Origin: an uncultured Prevotella sp.
GTDB taxonomy: Bacteria; Bacteroidota; Bacteroidia; Bacteroidales; Bacteroidaceae
DNA length: 64,000 nt
Assembly: GCA_905236165.1 (NCBI GenBank)
Contig: CAJOOC010000111.1
Span: 2,924 to 66,923 of the forward strand
Direction of reading: 5' to 3'
The notes under the pieces are model-generated. The model saw nothing but the letters and a program-made list of their open reading frames with translations, was not told the DNA's origin and did no database searches. Position 1 is the first letter of the stretch, and every line of letters begins with the position of its first letter. Position numbers and translations under genes: made by a program. Below, in pieces: positions 57,688 through 64,000 of this stretch.

Positions 57688-58073
57688 AAGAATGGCAGGT
57701 CGTACATCTGATTGCCGTCGCGGTCGATGAAGAGCTGTGTGGTGGACCCTGTGCAGCACAGCTCTCCGTCGCGTTCGCGGTATATCTCGTAGCGATAGTC
57801 AAGGCGTGCTCCGCGCTTCGGCACGTAGAAGGTGTGTATGACAGCTACGTCGTTCATTTCCAACGGTTTGAGGCATCTTACATGGATTTCGTAGATGGGT
57901 GCAGTGATGCCTGTCTCGAGCATCACCTGATAGTCGCAGCCCGGGTAGTGGCGCCCGAAGCTTTCGCGACCGTCTTCAAAGTATTTGACGTAGTTGCCGT
58001 GCCATACACGCGCCATAGGATCCATCTCAGAGAATTTCACGGGGATACGAACGATGTCTTCCAGCTCTTTCAT
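57654..58073 (-). CDS. Acyl-CoA/ACP thioesterase (4HBT hot-dog family)
   Basis: VKFSEMD....WHGNYVKYFEDGRE. Confidence 0.9.
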   Translation of the reverse strand: MKELEDIVRIPVKFSEMDPMARVWHGNYVKYFEDGRESFGRHYPGCDYQVMLETGITAPIYEIHVRCLKPLEMNDVAVIHTFYVPKRGARLDYRYEIYRERDGELCCTGSTTQLFIDRDGNQMYDLPFFYEEWLNSHPQ

Positions 58074-58224
58074 ATTATTGCAAAATACACGAATTAACTA
58101 ATTATCGAATTGTCTCCGCATGGAGATTAACGATTCTGATATGTCTGTGCGAAAGTCTTTGACATACTTGAAAATTCGTATGATTCGTGTTCTAACTAAA
58201 AGTGAAATACGCAGTCGTAAAAGG

Positions 58225-58818
58225 TTACTTAAAAACTTTGTTGTCAACGGGTGCGCCGAGATTGTAGTCGCTGAAGCGGTATTCGGTATAACTGCTGCCT
58301 TTCTGAAGCATACGTATTGAGCGCAGTTCCTGCAACTTAGAGTCTATCGTTACGATGAACGATGTAAACATCATTTTCTTCTTTGAGTCCTGCTTTGGCG
58401 TGATGGTGAGCACAACGTTGGTGCCGGATCTCGATACCTTTACGTCGTCGTTATTGCTGATGTCGGTAGCGCCGCCGTTGAAGATTGTCTCCAGTACATC
58501 GTGGAAGGTCTTGTAGCGTGAGTCCTTCAGGCTGTTGGTGCGTGCCTTCAGCACTCCTTTTTTCATTGTGAAGAAGACGCCATTCATGAGCAGGGCGTCC
58601 TTGCCGTTCTGTATGAGCACCTTCTCAGGCTGCTTCACGTAGAGTGTGCCTTTGCTCACTTCGTCCTTGCCCGAGCTTTTGTGAATGGTACGTGTGGCTG
58701 TGGCGGTAAGCGAAGTAACGTTCTTGTACTTGGCAACATGCTTCTTCAGGTCGCTATTCTGAGCGAAAGCCACAGCAAACATTAATATGCTGATAGTCAG
58801 CAGTGTAAGTCTTTTCAT
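58225..58818 (-). CDS. LolA-like periplasmic carrier protein
   Basis: Signal peptide, S.G.LYVKQP.K, LTITPK, TEYRFS......VD..VF. Confidence 0.7.
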   Translation of the reverse strand: MKRLTLLTISILMFAVAFAQNSDLKKHVAKYKNVTSLTATATRTIHKSSGKDEVSKGTLYVKQPEKVLIQNGKDALLMNGVFFTMKKGVLKARTNSLKDSRYKTFHDVLETIFNGGATDISNNDDVKVSRSGTNVVLTITPKQDSKKKMMFTSFIVTIDSKLQELRSIRMLQKGSSYTEYRFSDYNLGAPVDNKVFK

Positions 58819-58848
58819 CTTTTTCTTTTATTTATATATTATTTATTT

Positions 58849-58935
58849 GTTTTTATCTTTGTCTTCGTCTTCGTAGGGACGAAAGTCCCGCTTCGTCTTC
58901 GTTTTCGTCTTCGTCTTCGTTTTCGTTTTCGTCTT
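58849..58935 (-). repeat. 6-bp RACGAA array with an embedded GTAGGGAC-GAAA-GTCCC hairpin
   Basis: gtcttc/gttttc units; hairpin 58873-58891. Confidence 0.92.
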
Positions 58936-58944
58936 AGTATAGTC

Positions 58945-60354
58945 TCAAGCCTCGTTTCGTACTTCCCTAATGGTATATAGTGCCGTTATTGTTACTCCGT
59001 GCAGGCCGTGCACCATGATGTTCTGCCCGGTCATCAGGAGGTTAGGTATAGGCGTTCTTGGTGTGAGGATGGTCATCAGGGGTGCGTTGCAGTCTTTCCT
59101 GATGCCGTAGGCCGTACCCTGTGGCGAGAGGTTGTAGTCGCGGTATGTCAAGGGTGTGGAGCAGTATATCTCCTCGATGGCGTCCTGCAATCCAGGCATC
59201 TGTGTCTCTGCAAGGGCTATGCACTTACTTGCCATCAGGGCCTTAAGGTCTTTGTAGTCGTTGCCGCGCCTGCCTACGGTGGTGTCCTGCCAACGTTCGC
59301 AGTCGTTCCACGACATCGGCGTGAGCAGGTCTATCTGGCAGAACGGCTTACCATCTTCCGGCACTCGTGCACTTGCGAGGACGCCGCTGCAGTCGCACCG
59401 TTCTGAGAGTCCCCAGACGTCTGCATCGGAGTAGATGAACTTGTTGTGGTTGAAGTATGGCAGGCTGCCTTCCTTCAGTTTGAGCGAACAGGTGAACATG
59501 CCGAAGGTGTTCTCCAATCCTCCTATGCGGCGGCGATACAGTCCCTTCATTATCTTACTGTCCTTCACGAGGTTGCACGTGATGGCTGGATGAGCATTAG
59601 AGATGAATATGTCGGCCTCGTATCTCTCTCCGTTGGAGCAGATGGCAGTGGTTAATCTGCCGTCAGTTTCGATGAGCTCCGTCACCTGAGCGTTGCACAC
59701 CACCTCTCCGCCGTTACTCCTGATGCCCTCCACGAGTTTCTCCACGAGCATATTGCCCGGACCCTTCAGTCGCCAGCTGCTCTCTATGAAGCTGCTGTTG
59801 CCGTGGGCATAGGTGAAGAGCGGCAGCGTCGCCTTGCGCAGTTCCATCTTCAGGGATGTTCCTGAGAGGACGCTGATGAGCAGCTCGTCGTTGAAGGTCT
59901 CGTGCATCCATTGCCACGCATTCACGTCGGCATGCATCTCGTCGGCATCGTTGCAATGTCGCAGCATGTCGACATACTGTTGCAGCCCAGCCTTCTCCTT
60001 CGGGAAGCGTTGCGACATAGCATAGGCGAACTCGTCGAAGCCCTCATGGAAGGCGAATGTCTCGCCGCCGATGGTGACCTTGTCAAAGGCCTCGGGGTCG
60101 AGGTGCTGCCAGGGAAGGTCGAGCAGCCCCAGTTCCTTGAAGGCATCATGCAGCGCTTCGCCTTCGCGCAGACCGCCCACGTAGTGCAGCCCCGTGTCGT
60201 AATGGTTTCCTCGGCGCGAGTAGCTTTGCATACATCCGCCGGGCTGTGACTGTGCCTCCAGCAGGAGCACGGAGTATCCGCGCTTGCTGAGCAGCATGCC
60301 GCACTCAAGGCCTCCAAGGCCAGAGCCTATTATGATAATGTCGTTCTTTTTCAC
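58945..60354 (-). CDS. Phytoene desaturase-like FAD-dependent oxidoreductase
   Basis: IIGSGLGGL, PGG, YDTGLHYVGGL, STPLTYRDY....G..YG, NL.MTGQN..HG..GV; GTG start. Confidence 0.88.
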   Translation of the reverse strand: MKKNDIIIIGSGLGGLECGMLLSKRGYSVLLLEAQSQPGGCMQSYSRRGNHYDTGLHYVGGLREGEALHDAFKELGLLDLPWQHLDPEAFDKVTIGGETFAFHEGFDEFAYAMSQRFPKEKAGLQQYVDMLRHCNDADEMHADVNAWQWMHETFNDELLISVLSGTSLKMELRKATLPLFTYAHGNSSFIESSWRLKGPGNMLVEKLVEGIRSNGGEVVCNAQVTELIETDGRLTTAICSNGERYEADIFISNAHPAITCNLVKDSKIMKGLYRRRIGGLENTFGMFTCSLKLKEGSLPYFNHNKFIYSDADVWGLSERCDCSGVLASARVPEDGKPFCQIDLLTPMSWNDCERWQDTTVGRRGNDYKDLKALMASKCIALAETQMPGLQDAIEEIYCSTPLTYRDYNLSPQGTAYGIRKDCNAPLMTILTPRTPIPNLLMTGQNIMVHGLHGVTITALYTIREVRNEA

Positions 60355-60371
60355 CGATGTCTAATATTGTG

Positions 60372-60379
60372 CAAAGGTA
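60372..60379 (-). promoter_or_regulatory. -7 box for the oxidoreductase operon
   Basis: TACCTTTG on minus; TTTG at 60399-60402. Confidence 0.7.
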
Positions 60380-60562
60380 CGAATAAAGCGCCATTCGTCA
60401 AAATAAATAAACATTTTTTATAGATGTTTCGCATGAGGTGATGCTTTGTGTCGCGTTCCTGCTCTGTCTTATGGGCGTGCCCGCATGGCGCGCCACATGT
60501 GAATTAAGGTTAAATATGGTTGCGATTTTTGATAAGACAATGTTATTGTGGGATTTTTTTCG

Positions 60563-60570
60563 TAACTTTG
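60563..60570 (+). promoter_or_regulatory. -7 box for purA
   Basis: TAACTTTG. Confidence 0.7.
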
Positions 60571-60655
60571 CACCTTATTATTTTATAAAGTGGGATATTG
60601 CTCCCCCTGCATGATTAGCAAGATAACAACAAAACAATAACAACACATAGAAACT

Positions 60656-61927
60656 ATGACAGGAAAAGTAGATGTGCTCCTTGGTTTGCAATGGGGCGAT
60701 GAAGGAAAAGGTAAGGTGGTTGACGTGCTCACACCAAAGTATGACGTAGTAGCCCGTTTTCAGGGCGGTCCTAATGCCGGCCATACCCTTGAGTTTAATG
60801 GTGAGAAATACGTGCTGCGTTCCATTCCCTCTGGTATCTTCCAGGGTGGTAAGGTGAATATTATAGGCAATGGCGTGGTTCTTGCTCCCGACCTCTTCAT
60901 GGACGAGGCGAAGGACCTGGAGAAGAGCGGCCACGACCTGAAGTCGCGCCTGCATATCTCGAAGAAGGCTCATCTCATCATGCCAACCCACCGCGTGCTG
61001 GATGCTGCCATCGAGGCTTCGAAGGGCAAGAACAAGGTGGGCACTACAGGCAAGGGTATCGGTCCTACCTATTCTGACAAGATTGCCCGCACGGGTCTGC
61101 GTGTCGGCGATATCCTTGAGAACTTCGAGGAGAAGTATGCCGCCCACAAGGCTCGCCACGAGGAGCAGCTTCGCGCCATGAACTATACCGACTACGACAT
61201 CACTGAGGTAGAGAAGAAATGGCTTGAGGGTGTGGAGTATATCAAACAGTTCCAGATTGTTGACAGCGAACACGAGATCAACAAGATGCTGAAGACTGGC
61301 AAGAGCGTGTTGTGTGAGGGTGCCCAGGGTACGATGCTCGACGTGGACTTCGGTTCATATCCCTTCGTGACCTCTTCCAACACTATCTGCGCAGGAGCCT
61401 GCACGGGTCTCGGACTGGGTCCCAACAAGATTGGTGAGGTATACGGCATCATGAAGGCCTACTGCACACGTGTCGGTGCGGGTCCATTCCCTACGGAGCT
61501 CTTCGACGAGACGGGCAGCAAGATGCGCGACATAGGCCACGAATACGGTGCCGTTACAGGGCGTGAGCGCCGCTGCGGATGGATAGATCTCGTGGCCCTG
61601 CGCTATTCTATCATGGTGAACGGCGTTACACAGCTCATCATGATGAAGAGCGACGTGCTCGATACCTTCCCCACCATCAAGGCCTGCGTGGCATATAAGG
61701 TGAATGGTGTGGAGACCCCCGACTTCCCTTACGACATAGAGAAAGGCATAGAGCCCGTTTACAAGGAACTGAAGGGCTGGCAGACCGACATGACGAAGTT
61801 TACGTCAGAGGACCAGTTCCCGCAGGAATTCAAGGATTACATCAAGTTCCTTGAAGAACAGCTGGAGACACCTATCAGGATTATCTCTATCGGCCCTGAC
61901 AGAGAACAGACAATCGTGAGACAATAA
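60656..61927 (+). CDS. purA: Adenylosuccinate synthetase
   Basis: QWGDEGKGK, QGGPNAGHT, GIGPTY, EGAQG, TRVGAGPFPTE, TGR.RRCGW. Confidence 0.98.
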   Translation: MTGKVDVLLGLQWGDEGKGKVVDVLTPKYDVVARFQGGPNAGHTLEFNGEKYVLRSIPSGIFQGGKVNIIGNGVVLAPDLFMDEAKDLEKSGHDLKSRLHISKKAHLIMPTHRVLDAAIEASKGKNKVGTTGKGIGPTYSDKIARTGLRVGDILENFEEKYAAHKARHEEQLRAMNYTDYDITEVEKKWLEGVEYIKQFQIVDSEHEINKMLKTGKSVLCEGAQGTMLDVDFGSYPFVTSSNTICAGACTGLGLGPNKIGEVYGIMKAYCTRVGAGPFPTELFDETGSKMRDIGHEYGAVTGRERRCGWIDLVALRYSIMVNGVTQLIMMKSDVLDTFPTIKACVAYKVNGVETPDFPYDIEKGIEPVYKELKGWQTDMTKFTSEDQFPQEFKDYIKFLEEQLETPIRIISIGPDREQTIVRQ

Positions 61928-61931
61928 AAGT

Positions 61932-62099
61932 CCCACCCCGGCCCTCCCGAAGGGGAAGGGACGGGAAAGGGTCAAGTGGTTTAAGTGGTATAAGAGTTTA
62001 AGAGTTTAAGAGGTTAAGAAATTTAAGAAGTTTAAGAAGTTTAAGAAATTCCCCTGCATTCACATCCCTCCCCCCCCTTGGGGGAGTTGGTGGGGGGCT
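61932..62099. repeat. Inverted pair of CT/GA palindromic repeats enclosing an 8-9 bp TTTAAGA(A)G array
   Basis: 61932-61961; array 61970-62050; 62065-62099. Confidence 0.88.
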
Positions 62100-62107
62100 T
62101 TAATAAT

Positions 62108-63481
62108 ATGAGCAAACCAAGTATACCAAAGGGCACCCGTGACTTCGGAGCCCTTGAGATGGCAAAGAGAAACTATATCTTCAATACTATCCGCGGGGTG
62201 TTCGAGCTCTACGGTTTTCGTCAGATAGAGACGCCTGCAATGGAGAACCTCTCCACGCTGATGGGTAAGTACGGCGAGGAGGGCGACAAGCTGTTGTTTA
62301 AGATACTCAACTCTGGCGATTTCCTTCACGGCATGACCGCCGACGAGGTGGCCAACACCTCTACGCTGAAGCTTGCGTCGAAGTTCTGCGAGAAAGGTCT
62401 GCGCTACGACCTCACCGTGCCTTTCGCACGCTATGTGGTGCAGCACCGCGAAGAGCTTCTGCTGCCCTTCAAGCGCTATCAGATACAGCCCGTATGGCGT
62501 GCCGACCGTCCGCAGAAGGGTCGCTACAGGGAGTTCTACCAGTGTGACGTCGATGTGGTGGGCTCTGACTCGCTGCTCAACGAGGTGGATCTCATGCAGA
62601 TTACCGACACCATCTTCACCAGGTTCGGCGTAAGGGTTCAGATAAAAATCAACAACCGCAAGATCCTTACCGGCATAGCAGAGGCCATTGGCGAGGCCGA
62701 CAAGATAGTGGATATCACCGTTGCCATCGACAAGCTTGACAAGATAGGCCTTGAGGCCGTCAACGAAGAACTGCGCCAGGACGGCATCTCTGAGAAGGCC
62801 ATAGAGAAACTGCAGCCCATCATCAAGCTTGAGGGCAGCAACGCGCAGAAGCTCGATACCATAGCAGAGGTGCTCCGTGACTCGGAGACAGGCATGAAGG
62901 GCGTTGAGGAGATGCGCTTCATCCTCAACACCATCGGTGCCCTCGACACACCCAAGGGTTCGCTGAACAATGAACTGCAGCTGGACCTCACGCTGGCCCG
63001 CGGACTGAACTACTACACAGGAGCTATCTTCGAGGTTAAAGCCCTCGACGTTCAGATAGGCAGCATCACGGGTGGCGGCCGTTACGACAACCTCACGGGT
63101 ATCTTCGGTATGCCCGGACTCTCGGGCGTGGGTATCTCCTTCGGTGCAGACCGCATCTACGACGTGCTGAACCAGCTGGACCTGTACCCACAGGAGACTG
63201 TGACGGGCACCAAACTGCTCTTCATCAACTTCGGCGAGAAAGAAACGGCCTACTGCATGCCTATTGCACGCCTCTGCCGCGAGGCCGGAATAGCTACTGA
63301 GGTATATGCCGACAGCGTGAAGATGAAGAAGCAGATGTCTTACGCCAACGCCCTCAGCATCCCGTTCGTAGCCCTTGCCGGCGAGAACGAGATGAACGAA
63401 GGCAAGGTGACGCTGAAGAATATGACAACAGGCGAGCAAAGTCTGGTAACGCCAGAAGAACTCATTGCGGCAATTAGTTAA
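62108..63481 (+). CDS. hisS: Histidine--tRNA ligase
   Basis: [52 protein letters not shown]. Confidence 0.98.
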   Translation: MSKPSIPKGTRDFGALEMAKRNYIFNTIRGVFELYGFRQIETPAMENLSTLMGKYGEEGDKLLFKILNSGDFLHGMTADEVANTSTLKLASKFCEKGLRYDLTVPFARYVVQHREELLLPFKRYQIQPVWRADRPQKGRYREFYQCDVDVVGSDSLLNEVDLMQITDTIFTRFGVRVQIKINNRKILTGIAEAIGEADKIVDITVAIDKLDKIGLEAVNEELRQDGISEKAIEKLQPIIKLEGSNAQKLDTIAEVLRDSETGMKGVEEMRFILNTIGALDTPKGSLNNELQLDLTLARGLNYYTGAIFEVKALDVQIGSITGGGRYDNLTGIFGMPGLSGVGISFGADRIYDVLNQLDLYPQETVTGTKLLFINFGEKETAYCMPIARLCREAGIATEVYADSVKMKKQMSYANALSIPFVALAGENEMNEGKVTLKNMTTGEQSLVTPEELIAAIS

Positions 63482-63483
63482 TC

Positions 63484-63540
63484 TTTTACTTTCAATCTTC
63501 AACTTTCAACTTTCAATTTTCAACTTTCAACTTTCAATTT
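63484..63540 (+). repeat. 7-bp array TTCAAYY, about 8 units
   Basis: ttcaatc ttcaact ttcaact ttcaatt ttcaact ttcaact ttcaatt. Confidence 0.92.
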
Positions 63541-63543
63541 GAA

Positions 63544-64000
63544 ATGAAGCACCTGATACTAACCCTCTTTGCAGCCCTCATGCTGATGAGCGCTTCGCAG
63601 AAACAAGCTACCATCTATATCATCGGCGACTCTACCGCCGCCAACAAAGACATAAAGAAGGGTCCGGAACGCGGCTGGGGAATGGCTCTGCAGGGCTATT
63701 TCACCGAGAACATCAAGGTGGACAACCGTGCCCTTAACGGTCGTTCCACACGATCCTTCGTCCTTGAAGGCCATTGGCAGAAGGTGCTCGATGCCATGAA
63801 GCCCGGCGACTACCTCATTGTGCAGTTCGGCCACAACGATGAGAAGGGCTCCATCGGCGACAAACGCCACACCGATGCCGGCCTGACCTTCGACGACAAC
63901 TACCGCATGTTCGCTCGTGCCGCAATGGCCAAGGGTGCTACGCCAATACTGATGAACTGCGTCGTAAGGCGCAACTTCTACTGTCAGCCCGACCTGAGCG
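63544..64000 (+). CDS. Rhamnogalacturonan acetylesterase-like SGNH esterase (CE12), truncated by the window edge
   Basis: MKHLILTLFAALMLMSA signal, IGDST, RGWG, NRALNGRSTRSF, QFGHND. Confidence 0.9.
   Translation, partial: MKHLILTLFAALMLMSASQKQATIYIIGDSTAANKDIKKGPERGWGMALQGYFTENIKVDNRALNGRSTRSFVLEGHWQKVLDAMKPGDYLIVQFGHNDEKGSIGDKRHTDAGLTFDDNYRMFARAAMAKGATPILMNCVVRRNFYCQPDLS

Noticed and set aside
62060-63502. 480-aa minus-strand ORF
   Set aside because: Antisense shadow of hisS

Overview
A core-genome, housekeeping-rich segment from a Bacteroidota (Bacteroidales, Prevotella-like) chromosome. Taxonomy is inferred from gene content (T9SS PorQ/PorE-like proteins, DUF4296, DUF1573, DUF4293) and TAnnTTTG promoter boxes. 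It holds about 50 CDS (ispA-like, tatD, typA, pgi, mfd, ileS, lspA, recR, galK, xseB, meaB, ispH, cmk, engB, comM, trxB, dnaG, mazG, rpoZ, bamD, queH, purA, hisS, several glycoside hydrolases, an alpha-2-macroglobulin) and one tRNA-Leu(CAA). No transposase, integrase, phage gene or CRISPR array is visible. The unusual signal lies between the genes. About 25 degenerate 6-9 bp tandem micro-arrays and several palindromic repeat families sit at gene junctions and largely follow a polarity rule: one orientation next to stop codons, the reverse complement next to start codons. They supply the stop codon of at least nine genes (TatD and MazG both end in INELTN), make up most of a GH43 signal peptide, and appear in frame inside ComM, LspA and possibly IleS. 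Also notable are a ~470 bp non-coding element with 50 bp inverted ends and a glutathione-peroxidase homologue that has lost its whole catalytic tetrad. All calls come from reading the sequence; no database search was run.
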